The notes: a model not told the origin generated them from the letters alone. A DNA stretch of 24,651 nt from Treponema sp. (GCA_031257595.1 JAIROH010000122.1:1-24651); one strand, 5' to 3'; shown: positions 1 through 8,141, counted from the first letter of the stretch. Numbers and translations: made by a program.

Positions 1-548
1 GGCGCGGAAACCCGAAAACCGTCGACGGAACTGGTTTCGCCTGAGTCCACAAATACCGGAATGCCGGAAGCGCCTGAAAATTCCACCGCCCCTTCACTGA
101 CGGAAAGGTTCAGCGTGTCGAATTCAAAGATCGTTCCCCGTACCGACGCCGTAGCCGCGGAACCGCGGACGGTAAAATCGGTCCTGCCGCCCTGGATCGG
201 CTTTACGTCCGCCCGTATCCTGCCGGTCTGGAGTTTGAGTTCTATTTTTTCGTTATCCTGAATGCGGGAAAGTTCGGTAATGGAAAGCCTGGTCAGGGGG
301 CGCACGGTAAGAACGGAATTCCCCACGGTAATAACCGCGGTACTTTTGAAGCCCGTGGAGATCAACGTGTCGCCGGTAAGCGCCTGCCCCCTGTAGGCGG
401 GCGTCCAGCCGGCCGCCTGCGGAACTTTCACCTCCACGGTTCCGGCCAGATCGCGTATAAAAGCTTCCGCTGTCCGGGGTTCCTGGGCGGAAATTTCCGC
501 GGCCGAAAAGAGTACCAGCGCCGCGAATAATAATAGCAGCTGTTTCAT
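1..548 (-). CDS. Secreted FecR-domain protein, 3' end runs off the window (missing from the ORF track)
   Basis: ATG at 548 with AGGAG RBS at 560-556. Hand translation is open to the edge: MKQLLLLFAALVLFSAAEISAQEPRTAEAFIRDLAGTVEVK...GDTLISTGFKSTAVITVGNSVLTVRPLTRL...LKLQTGRIRADVK...FTVRGSAATASVRGTIF...SVSEGAVEF. The GD..I.TG, ASVRGT.F and V.EG.V motifs are FecR hallmarks. It has a Sec-type signal peptide. Confidence 0.88.
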   Translation of the reverse strand, partial: MKQLLLLFAALVLFSAAEISAQEPRTAEAFIRDLAGTVEVKVPQAAGWTPAYRGQALTGDTLISTGFKSTAVITVGNSVLTVRPLTRLSITELSRIQDNEKIELKLQTGRIRADVKPIQGGRTDFTVRGSAATASVRGTIFEFDTLNLSVSEGAVEFSGASGIPVFVDSGETSSVDGFRVSA

Positions 549-566
549 TACATCACTCCTGTAACA

Positions 567-620
567 GGCGTTACGCCGCTTGCGTTAAACCGCTCGTTAA
601 CACGTTCGTGTTAATGAGCG
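567..620. repeat. Intergenic palindromic (REP-like) element
   Basis: CGCTCGTTAACAC (591-603) and GTGTTAATGAGCG (608-620) form a 13-bp stem with one mismatch. A small GGCG-TTA-CGCC hairpin lies at 567-577. The element sits between the beta-barrel stop and the FecR RBS. Confidence 0.7.
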
Positions 621-623
621 CCT

Positions 624-1853
624 CTAAAACGAAAATATTGCCTTCATGGAAAAAAGCCAGCGTACCGGCGCGTCGTCCCTGAAAGCCGATCCTGTTTTGG
701 GGAAAAAAGCCCCGCCGCCCAGGGTAAACGAAAGATCCGAAACGGGAACCCACAAAACGGAGGCGAAAACTTCTCCGCCCAGAAAGTAGGAATCACCGTC
801 TATATCCGGATCGGGAAAGCTTGAAGAATCCGTCCTGAGAAAATAGCGGAGATCAAACTCCGCCGAAAGGGAAGGAAGAAACCGCGCCTGGTAGCTTCCC
901 CCCGCCGTCATTATCCCGGAAAATTCCGGCTTTAGTATACGGCCCTGGGCTTCCGCGATAACCGGAAAATAGGCCGCCGTCGACGGTCCCGTTCCGGAAG
1001 CCCAGCGCCATGTGAGGGAAAGTCTGTCCGTAACGGCGGTAGGCGGCGCCCAGCCGGCTTCCACGGACGACGCGAAAGCCAAATCGCTTTCTCCCGCGGC
1101 TTCCAGCAGTTCCGCCGCTCCCGCCAGGCCAAGATCAAAACCTTTGGGCAGGTTTAACGCATAACGGAGGAGAAGGTACTGGGAGTTGAGTTTGTCCGGA
1201 GCGTCCGAAACATCGAACTGGGCCAAAACTCCCGCGTGGAGCGTTCCCCTCGACACGATAAAGCCGGGGAATTCAATCTGGGCGGCGCCCAGAAAACGGC
1301 GCGGCGCAAAGTACGTATCGACAAAACCGCCGGGAAAGCCGTCGTAATCAAGCTCCGCGTCGTAATCAACCGGATCGCCGGGGGTCTTTTTGATGTTTGC
1401 CGTATCTTTGTACAGAAAGCCCGTGTAATAAAATCCTCCGTTGAGCAGGACGGCGCCCAGATCGGCGGCGGCGTTTATTCCGTCAAAATATCCTTTCGCG
1501 GTAAACCGGGAAGGATCCTCGTAGGAAATACGGCCGGCCTTTACCGTAAGCGGGGAAACGGGCCTATAAGACAGTTCCAGGCGAAAAAGTTCCGGAACAT
1601 ACCGCGTTGTTTTCCGCTCTTTCTGACTCCAGTCCACCGAGACTCCCGCCGAAAAGAAAAAGTCTCCCCGGTCTCCCAGTGGGGCGGAAAACCAGGGAGC
1701 CAGCGTTGTTTTGGAACTGAGTTCCGCGTTGGAAGCCGCGCCGGAATTTTCCGTGTCGAACTGTTCGCTTACAATGACGCCATAGTCAACGGCAAAAATT
1801 CCCGGAACCGCGGTAACAAAGACGATCGTCAAAAAAAGCGCCGCGCGTTTCAT
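624..1853 (-). CDS. Putative outer-membrane beta-barrel protein
   Basis: Track ORF 624-1952. The likely start is ATG 1853 (MKRAALFLTIVFVTAVPGIFA signal peptide). It has many amphipathic aromatic-rich strands, a GRISYEDPSRFTAKGYFDG motif, and ends WLFSMKAIFSF, a BAM-type beta-signal with terminal Phe. Confidence 0.75.
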   Translation of the reverse strand: MKRAALFLTIVFVTAVPGIFAVDYGVIVSEQFDTENSGAASNAELSSKTTLAPWFSAPLGDRGDFFFSAGVSVDWSQKERKTTRYVPELFRLELSYRPVSPLTVKAGRISYEDPSRFTAKGYFDGINAAADLGAVLLNGGFYYTGFLYKDTANIKKTPGDPVDYDAELDYDGFPGGFVDTYFAPRRFLGAAQIEFPGFIVSRGTLHAGVLAQFDVSDAPDKLNSQYLLLRYALNLPKGFDLGLAGAAELLEAAGESDLAFASSVEAGWAPPTAVTDRLSLTWRWASGTGPSTAAYFPVIAEAQGRILKPEFSGIMTAGGSYQARFLPSLSAEFDLRYFLRTDSSSFPDPDIDGDSYFLGGEVFASVLWVPVSDLSFTLGGGAFFPKTGSAFRDDAPVRWLFSMKAIFSF

Positions 1854-2010
1854 TCGCAGTGGGGTTTGATACCCAAGAACCCGTCTTTCGGCAGGGGAGT
1901 CTTGGGGCGATTCAGAAATGTTATGTTTAGATTGCATGGTAACAAACCCCACAGTTAAATAATTTCCTTACAGAACGAACCTCGTAAACAATGTAACGCT
2001 TGCCAGATAT

Positions 2011-2036
2011 CCCGCCCCTTGGGGCGGGGAGGTTCA
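2011..2036. repeat. GC-rich perfect hairpin resembling an IS200/IS605-type end or REP element
   Basis: CCCGCCCC-TT-GGGGCGGG (2011-2028) is an 8-bp perfect stem. The minus strand reads ATGAACCTCCCCGCCCCAAGGGGCGGGATATC and includes the TGA stop of the upstream gene. Confidence 0.55.
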
Positions 2037-2537
2037 TCTGCCAAGTACCGCCGGTATTTCAAGCTCATCCTGCCATCTGTCAAGCAATTCGTCTTCGCCG
2101 GAATAATGCAGGGTTCTGCCGATTATCCGCAAAAGCCGTTCCCCGGAAACGGTAAAACCGGGATCGCCGCGGCCCTGTATCAATTTTTTGTATACCATTT
2201 CTCTGTAGGCGTAACGGGGATTATGAAAGATCGAATACATGATCCCGCCCTTGATGCCGAACGCGTTCATCACAAGGAAGGCCGCGTCCGCAAGCCGCAG
2301 CGTATCGTCCGGGCCGCCGGGAACCCAGCCGTTTTCCACGGCTATTGTCCAGGCCGCGTCTTCGGCGTCCGCGCCGGAAAGGTATTCGGGCAAAAGTTCC
2401 GCCGCGCCCAGCACAAAGCGGGCGGCCCGGGCGGCGCTTAGCTCCCGGGTTTCCAGCATCCTGTCCAGCTCTTCCGCGGTCTGGGGGAAAAGCGTAGTTG
2501 AAGAAAACAAAAACAGGCATATCACTATGGGTCTCAT
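2034..2537 (-). CDS. Small secreted protein with SLH-like repeats
   Basis: Track ORF 2034-2582. The likely start is ATG 2537 or 2543 (MRPIVICLFLFSSTTLFPQ signal peptide). Three SLH-like segments: TRELSAARAARFVLGAA, PDDTLRLADAAFLVMNAF, DPGFTVSGERLLRIIGR. Confidence 0.65.
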   Translation of the reverse strand: MRPIVICLFLFSSTTLFPQTAEELDRMLETRELSAARAARFVLGAAELLPEYLSGADAEDAAWTIAVENGWVPGGPDDTLRLADAAFLVMNAFGIKGGIMYSIFHNPRYAYREMVYKKLIQGRGDPGFTVSGERLLRIIGRTLHYSGEDELLDRWQDELEIPAVLGR

Positions 2538-2585
2538 ACACATCCCTTTTCCCGGCCAACATTGGCGGAAGTTACACGTCAAATT

Positions 2586-5474
2586 CTACGGAACCCAGGT
2601 ACAAGTATCCGATTCGCCACCTTCACCACCAACTTTTACATTGCCCCGGGTATACGTTGTTCCGATGGCGGCATGTTCTACATTACTTGCTACATTACTG
2701 GCGTTCTTATTTTCCTTGATTTCCGCATCTGATGCCGAGGAACCGTCAAAAACGGCATTGCTTTCCTGGGTCAAATAAACCCCGCCCCCTTCATTGATAC
2801 CAGTACCGGTAACCCGGTTTTTGCAGATATGTCCACCGTTCATCGAAAAGGTCACGTTATTATTTACACTCGCATTGCCTACACAAACACCACCTCCCCA
2901 TTTTTCCGTGGCATTGTACATAATAAAGCCGCTATTCATCGTAATAGTTCCCTTAACCAGCATGATCCCGCCCCCATTGGTAGTAGCGGAATTTCCGTTG
3001 GTTGTAGTAGTTGGATTAGATGAATCTATTCCAAGATAAAAATTTGACAGGGTTAGGGAAGTAGTGTCAACACAGATACCGCCGCCATTCGCACCGGCTT
3101 GATTGCCATAAATGGAACCTCCCGTAATAGCCGCCGTGGTGGTATTGTACAAATTCAAACCTCCACCGTTCCCGGCGGATTGATTCCCGTAAATACTCCC
3201 GGCGCTCATTGAAAAATCCGAAACACCCGAAATGGCCAATCCTCCGCCATACCCGTTGCCGGCATTTGTTGTTTTATTATTCCTGATAACGCCGCCGTTA
3301 ATGACAACAGAACCGCCCAAAGCGTACACAGCGCCTCCTTGCGTTGAGTTATAATTCTTTTCCAGTATGGATCCTGCCCCCAGGGTCAAGGTTCCACTGT
3401 TCATGTATATGAGTGGCCTACTTGATGAAAAAGAGTCTCCATCCAGAGTTATGGTTTTACCACTGTCTGCCTGCAGGGTTAAAGATGCGCCGGTCATATT
3501 GAAAAACTCGTTCGTAAAGGTACTGGCTCGGACTAACTTCCAGTTGCCATCTGATTTAATGGTGATTTCTTTCCCTGATAAGAGGTTAATAGTACTGGTA
3601 ACCGTTATGTCACTGGTAATGGTTATAATAGTCGGTCCAGAGGCGCTGGTTATCATGTTGTCTATATAAGACCAGTCTAATGCGGTAGCCGGGAAGACAA
3701 TCGTAACGACCAAAGTAGGACCGCTTCCCGCCGGATTGGTTACGCTCGCGCTTGTGTACGTAAAGTCGTCTACCTCAACCCCGGCAAAGGTATAGCCGGT
3801 GGCCGCGGTAAGGGTGACGGTAGCCGTGTATGCCGTACCACCGGCAAACGTAACAGGAGAAGACGACCAGGTTATACTCCCCGTGTATTGGGTCGTACCG
3901 GTTAACGATGTGGCCGGAGTTCCCCCGGTTGCGGGAGCGGCAAACGCGCCGGTTAAATCAAGGACGGTTACCGCAGTCAATGCGGTAGCCGGGAAGACAA
4001 TCGTTACCGTCAGGTTGGCGTTGCTTCCCATCGGGTGGGTTACGTTTGTCGCGCCTGTGTACGAGAAGCTGTTTGCCCCAACCCCGTTAAAGGTATAGCC
4101 GGCCTTGGCCGTCAAGGCTACAACGGCTTTGTATACCGTACCCGGCGCAAAGGTTGAACCGCTAAACGAAGTCCCGTCATCGTTCTGCCATGCGACCGTT
4201 CCGGTATATTCGGCTGTGTCTATTCCCGTAGTAACCGGCGCGGCGCCCCTGGCCGGCGCGGTAACCTTGCCGTCAAGTGAACGCATGCTAACAGTTGCCG
4301 GCGTTCCAATAACCAGCTTCCCGGCCGAATCCAGCGAATGCATTGGGTCGGTGAATAGTATTTTGCCTGTCGAGCCGGCGGGAAAACCCGGCGTCAATAT
4401 TTGCGTACCGGCGGTAACATCGCCCGGCAGCGTTACCGTGACCGCCGCGGACTGGGTAAGCGGCCCCGTTATCGTGATGGTGGTTCCGCCTGCCAGGTAC
4501 ACATCGTTATTTGAGGCAACCAAGGCGGGGCCGTTCATCGTAAAGGTTCCCGTAACATAAACACCGCCGCCATTACCGGAAACGGCGGAATTGCCGCTTA
4601 TTTCACCGCCGTTCATCGTAAAGGTACCCGCCGCGAATACCGCCCCGCCGTTAGCTGAGATAGTGATATTGTTGGTACTCAGGGTTCCGCTGTTCATCGT
4701 GAACGAGGCCAGGGAAGTCATCGTAACAATCGGCCCAACGACAACAGAACCGGTTCCGTCCAGGGTCAACGTCCCGCCGTAAGCCGGAGACGAAGAACCA
4801 AGTATAAGATGGCCGCCAACAATGTTAAGGAACGATGTCCCAAAGGTTCCCTCTCTGCCTATCGTAAATGTTGTATCACTCGTCGTTACCGCAATCGTGA
4901 CGGTTTTGTTGTGTGAAAGCGTTATTGTGTTGCTGGCGTTAAAACTACCGGTAATCACGATAAATTCATCCGCGTAACCGCCGGAATCGCCTGGGGTATC
5001 GGCTTGTATCGCGGCTTTGAGTTCCGACCAGGTACTTACTTCGGTATATACCGCCAGTTTAACGTCCGCGCTGGTCCGGCTCCCGGCCTGTACGTCGACA
5101 ACCGTTTCCCCAATCGCCTTTATAACCGCCGAACCGTCTTTTGCTTTGACCGCCACGGTCCACGGGCCGGGCGGCACTTCAACTACGCAGGTTTCGCCCC
5201 ACTGTACCGTTCTGGTTATACTTTGCCCGCCCGGGCCGGAAAAGCTTAACTCATAAGAAAGGCCGCTTTTGGATATGGTTGTCAGGGCTGTTTTTGCCGG
5301 GCCGGACAGATCGACACTAATAAGACCGTTATCACCGGTGGAAAGAGGATAATCCAGCGGGTTAAAGCAGGCCGCGAGGGCCGCCGCGAGAAAAATACCG
5401 AAGAATAGGGGCAAAAAACCCGCCGGGGGCTGTTTTAAAGCGTCGAATTTTGATCCGGGAATCCTTGTTTTCAT
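2586..5474 (-). CDS. Large modular surface lipoprotein / adhesin-like protein (Pmp/autotransporter-type beta-helix repeats plus Ig-like repeats)
   Basis: Likely start is ATG 5474 after an AAGGGGG RBS. Lipobox LAAC (Cys codon 5369-5367). Repeated GGAV/GGGV/GGGI and FTMNGG motifs occur in two blocks separated by two ~100-aa Thr-rich repeats. Confidence 0.85.
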   Translation of the reverse strand: MKTRIPGSKFDALKQPPAGFLPLFFGIFLAAALAACFNPLDYPLSTGDNGLISVDLSGPAKTALTTISKSGLSYELSFSGPGGQSITRTVQWGETCVVEVPPGPWTVAVKAKDGSAVIKAIGETVVDVQAGSRTSADVKLAVYTEVSTWSELKAAIQADTPGDSGGYADEFIVITGSFNASNTITLSHNKTVTIAVTTSDTTFTIGREGTFGTSFLNIVGGHLILGSSSPAYGGTLTLDGTGSVVVGPIVTMTSLASFTMNSGTLSTNNITISANGGAVFAAGTFTMNGGEISGNSAVSGNGGGVYVTGTFTMNGPALVASNNDVYLAGGTTITITGPLTQSAAVTVTLPGDVTAGTQILTPGFPAGSTGKILFTDPMHSLDSAGKLVIGTPATVSMRSLDGKVTAPARGAAPVTTGIDTAEYTGTVAWQNDDGTSFSGSTFAPGTVYKAVVALTAKAGYTFNGVGANSFSYTGATNVTHPMGSNANLTVTIVFPATALTAVTVLDLTGAFAAPATGGTPATSLTGTTQYTGSITWSSSPVTFAGGTAYTATVTLTAATGYTFAGVEVDDFTYTSASVTNPAGSGPTLVVTIVFPATALDWSYIDNMITSASGPTIITITSDITVTSTINLLSGKEITIKSDGNWKLVRASTFTNEFFNMTGASLTLQADSGKTITLDGDSFSSSRPLIYMNSGTLTLGAGSILEKNYNSTQGGAVYALGGSVVINGGVIRNNKTTNAGNGYGGGLAISGVSDFSMSAGSIYGNQSAGNGGGLNLYNTTTAAITGGSIYGNQAGANGGGICVDTTSLTLSNFYLGIDSSNPTTTTNGNSATTNGGGIMLVKGTITMNSGFIMYNATEKWGGGVCVGNASVNNNVTFSMNGGHICKNRVTGTGINEGGGVYLTQESNAVFDGSSASDAEIKENKNASNVASNVEHAAIGTTYTRGNVKVGGEGGESDTCTWVP
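3679..4290 (-). repeat. Two tandem ~100-aa internal domain repeats in the lipoprotein
   Basis: Both units contain APA.G..P...YTG...W...F..GT.Y.A.V.LTA..GYTF.GV...F.YT and end in VTIVFPATAL. The 26-mer AATGCGGTAGCCGGGAAGACAATCGT is identical at 3679-3704 and 3979-4004, exactly 300 bp apart. Confidence 0.9.
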
Positions 5475-5514
5475 GTAAGCCCCCTTAGGCAACGCTGATT
5501 AACGTGCGGCTTCG

Positions 5515-5564
5515 CCAACTGCGTTGGCGTACCAACTGCGTTGGCGTACCAACTGCGTTGGCGT
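5515..5564. repeat. 17-bp tandem repeat x3 (CCAACTGCGTTGGCGTA), internally palindromic
   Basis: Copies at 5515-5531, 5532-5548 and 5549-5564 (last one 16 nt). Each carries CCAA-CTGCG-TTGG. The array lies in the divergent intergenic region. Confidence 0.92.
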
Positions 5565-5709
5565 GTCAGCGCTTCCTTAGATAGAGTAGTCTATCACTGG
5601 CCGCCGGCTTTGTCATCAGTGTTAACGCACGATTTTACGAAGAAAATCGCAATCAGGGGGATGACGACGAAATGATAATTTTAGTATACTCTAAAAGGAG
5701 GAACATATC

Positions 5710-6489
5710 GTGGCTTTATCGGCGGAATTGATGAAAAACGTGCCGACTCTGGAAGAGTTTTGGGCCGTCTTTACAAAGTCCCAGGAAGAGATTGCCCGGC
5801 GGGAAAAAGAGACCCAGGAAGAGATTGCCCGGCGGGAAAAAGAGACCCAGGAAGAGATTGCCCGGCGGAAAAAAGAGACCCAGGAAGAGATTGCCCGGCG
5901 GGAAAAAGAGACCCAGGCGGATATTGCCCGGCGGGAAAAAGAGACCCAGGCGGATATTGCCCGGCGGCGAGAAGAATGGGAACGCGGTATGGCGGAGTTA
6001 CGGGCGGAAAACCGGAGAACAGAGCGGATAGTCAATCGCGTAAGCAGGCAAATGGGCGATCTCCACAACCGGTTCGGGGAGTTGGCGGAACATCTTGTGG
6101 CGCCCGGAATCATCAGGCGTTTTAACGAGTTGGGCTACCATTTTGACGATACGATCGCCGAACGAGTCAGGCTTCTTGACAGTACCGGGCAAAAGATTCT
6201 GACGGAAATAGACCTTTTACTTGAAAACGGGGAATATTCCATAGCGGTAGAGGTGAAAAGCCGGCCGGCGGAAAGGGATGTTGTTCACCACGAGAACCGG
6301 CTTGGGATTCTGCGGGAACATAAAAACAGACGAAACGACAGGCGAAAAATCCGGGGAGCGATAGCCGGGGCGGTTTTTCCGGAAGATGTGAAAGCCGCGG
6401 CTATCGAGACGGGGTTTTATGTGATTGAGCAGTCCGGCGACACAATGAGAATAAGCGTACCCGAAGGTTTTAGGCCCAGAGACTGGTGA
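5710..6489 (+). CDS. PD-(D/E)XK nuclease-fold protein with N-terminal repeat coiled coil (DUF3782-like)
   Basis: GTG start with AGGAGG RBS at 5696-5701. Contains QEEIARREKET repeats, the catalytic-type motif EIDLLLENGEYSIAVEVK, and a C-terminal GFYVIEQSGDT.RISVPEGFRPRDW. Confidence 0.85.
   Translation: MALSAELMKNVPTLEEFWAVFTKSQEEIARREKETQEEIARREKETQEEIARRKKETQEEIARREKETQADIARREKETQADIARRREEWERGMAELRAENRRTERIVNRVSRQMGDLHNRFGELAEHLVAPGIIRRFNELGYHFDDTIAERVRLLDSTGQKILTEIDLLLENGEYSIAVEVKSRPAERDVVHHENRLGILREHKNRRNDRRKIRGAIAGAVFPEDVKAAAIETGFYVIEQSGDTMRISVPEGFRPRDW
5781..5967 (+). repeat. 33-bp coding tandem repeat, ~5.7 copies
   Basis: Unit CCAGGAAGAGATTGCCCGGCGGGAAAAAGAGAC starts at 5781, 5814, 5847, 5880, 5913 and 5946 (partial). 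The last two units carry GCGGAT in place of GAAGAG. Confidence 0.95.
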
Positions 6490-6502
6490 CATTTACAAAT
6501 TC

Positions 6503-6621
6503 GAGGCTCTTTCAAAACTTCAGTTTTGAGAGAGCAACCACTAAAAAAAGCGGTTTTGTAGGCCGTAGGCCGAAAAACCGCAAGAGCTTCGGCAAAACCA
6601 ACCGGGTTTTGCAAGAAGCTC
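6503..6621. mobile_element. 119-bp palindromic MITE/REP-like element (long form)
   Basis: Starts GAGGCTCTTTCAAAACTTCAGTTTTG (hairpin CAAAACT-TC-AGTTTTG) and ends in a second hairpin GAGCTTCGGCAAAACC...GGTTTTGCAAGAAGCTC. The first 26 nt recur exactly at 15415-15440. Confidence 0.7.
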
Positions 6622-8141
6622 AACGTTTTGTTTTTTCGCTGCCGTTTGCGGGCCTGGCCGTCCTGGCCGGGACTTTTTTTCCGTCATGCGATCTGCTGCG
6701 TAACGGGCCTTTTGAGGTTGACGGATGGAGTCCCGGCGGGGGGATCCACGATCCTCCTCCGTTTGTTTCCGTTTGGTTCAGCCTGGAACCGGACAGGTCA
6801 AGCGTCGAACGTTCGTTTTCGCTTACCGAAGACGGCAAGGCGGTTTCAGGCGCGTTCAGATGGGACGCTTCGCGGATGTTCTTTATCCCTTCGGCGCCGC
6901 TTGAAAAAAACAGGGATTACCTTGTCGGCCTTGGAACCGATGCCCAGGATACCAAAGGCCTTTCCCTGGAACGGCGTTTTGAGGCTTCGTTTAGTACACG
7001 GCCGGAAAACATACGTCCGGTTTTTCTGGAAAGTTTTCCTCCCGACCGCGGCGTTCTCGCCGGTGAACGGGAGACGATCCGGCTTGTGTTTTCCCGGGCA
7101 ATGGACAGATCCACATTCAGCGGCTTTTCATTCAGCCCTTCGGTTTCGGGGGTCTGGTCAACTGAAGATTCCGGTTGCAGCGCGGTGTTTAGTCCGCAGG
7201 AAAACTGGATTGCCGGAAAAAACTACCGGCTTACCGTTGATTCGGAAATCAAAAGCGAACACGGCCTTGGCCTTGGTAAACAGACGATCCTCCATTTTTC
7301 CGCCGGGCTTGATACGGAAGCTCCCGCTCTTGTTTCGGCCGCCGTTCTTGATCGCGAGGATGCCGTACTCAAGTACCTTGAAACCGATCCGGAAAGCGGC
7401 GTTGAAAATTCCGGATGGGAACGCGGAGGCGGCCTGGAACTGGTTTTTTCGGAGCCGGTCGATTCCGCGTCGGTTGTTTCGGCGCTTTCTTCCGCGCCGT
7501 CATTGGGCTTTACGCTCCGGTCTCCTCCGGGCTACGGAGAGCGTCACGTGTTACGCCTCGCTTCGGAACCGGCCTGGGGAAGCTCTTTTACGCTGGAACT
7601 CGGCAATTCCGTAAAAGACGGATCGGGCAATGTCCTTGCGGAAAAGTACCGCTACAGCGTAAAAGCCGACGGGCCGTACTCAAAACCGCCGTCGCTTGCC
7701 GGAATCAGGCTTCCGCTTAATCCCGGTGAAGCGGATATGGATCCCGCCGTCTACCTTCCCGGGGATCTTTTTGCCGATCTGCCGCTTGAAAGTTCCGTAT
7801 TTCCGTTCGACACGGGAACGGATTTCTGGATAGAGCTTTACTTCGACACCGCCGGCGGGCCGCTGGGTTCCGCGGACATTGATCCGTTTTCGCTGATGGA
7901 AAAATTCGGCGTTGTCGTTACAAATAACGCCCTCTCGTTTTCCCCGCGTGAAATAAAACTTTCAGGTTTCAGCATCCCGGAACCCGTTCCCGGCTGGGAA
8001 ACGTTTTCCAGGGCGGAGATCCGCGGCGTTTTGAAAAATCAGCCTTACGGCGGCATGGTTACGGTTCAGACCGCGCAGGGCCTTGCCGACAGTTTCGGAA
8101 ACCTGAGCGGTGAAGCGTTCAGAATTCTTCTTGTCAAATAA
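6609..8141 (+). CDS. Lipoprotein with tandem bacterial Ig-like (Big_5-type) domains
   Basis: Lipobox FFPSC (Cys codon 6687-6689) follows a hydrophobic stretch. Three Big_5-like units each have a ..V.FS..(M/V/P)D..S(V/F) motif and end in ..D..G..L....F. The start is uncertain: TTG 6609, or GTG 6486 overlapping the upstream TGA. Confidence 0.8.
   Translation: MQEAQRFVFSLPFAGLAVLAGTFFPSCDLLRNGPFEVDGWSPGGGIHDPPPFVSVWFSLEPDRSSVERSFSLTEDGKAVSGAFRWDASRMFFIPSAPLEKNRDYLVGLGTDAQDTKGLSLERRFEASFSTRPENIRPVFLESFPPDRGVLAGERETIRLVFSRAMDRSTFSGFSFSPSVSGVWSTEDSGCSAVFSPQENWIAGKNYRLTVDSEIKSEHGLGLGKQTILHFSAGLDTEAPALVSAAVLDREDAVLKYLETDPESGVENSGWERGGGLELVFSEPVDSASVVSALSSAPSLGFTLRSPPGYGERHVLRLASEPAWGSSFTLELGNSVKDGSGNVLAEKYRYSVKADGPYSKPPSLAGIRLPLNPGEADMDPAVYLPGDLFADLPLESSVFPFDTGTDFWIELYFDTAGGPLGSADIDPFSLMEKFGVVVTNNALSFSPREIKLSGFSIPEPVPGWETFSRAEIRGVLKNQPYGGMVTVQTAQGLADSFGNLSGEAFRILLVK

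Noticed and set aside
1-548. Canonical fecIR iron-signalling locus
   Set aside because: There is no cytoplasmic anti-sigma N-terminus, ECF sigma or TonB-dependent receptor in view.
1236-1958. 240-aa plus-strand ORF
   Set aside because: It is an antisense shadow of the beta-barrel gene with no recognisable motifs.
5515-5564. CRISPR array
   Set aside because: The units are 17 bp and directly abutting, with no unique spacers and no cas genes in the window.
5781-5967. CRISPR-like 33-bp repeats
   Set aside because: They are spacerless, in-frame coding repeats inside a gene. The alternative-frame and antisense ORFs over them (5691-6113, 5760-6125, 5792-6031) are by-products.
6628-7614. 328-aa alternative-frame ORF
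   Set aside because: It overlaps the Big_5 lipoprotein on the same strand and has the Arg/Pro-rich composition typical of off-frame GC-rich DNA.
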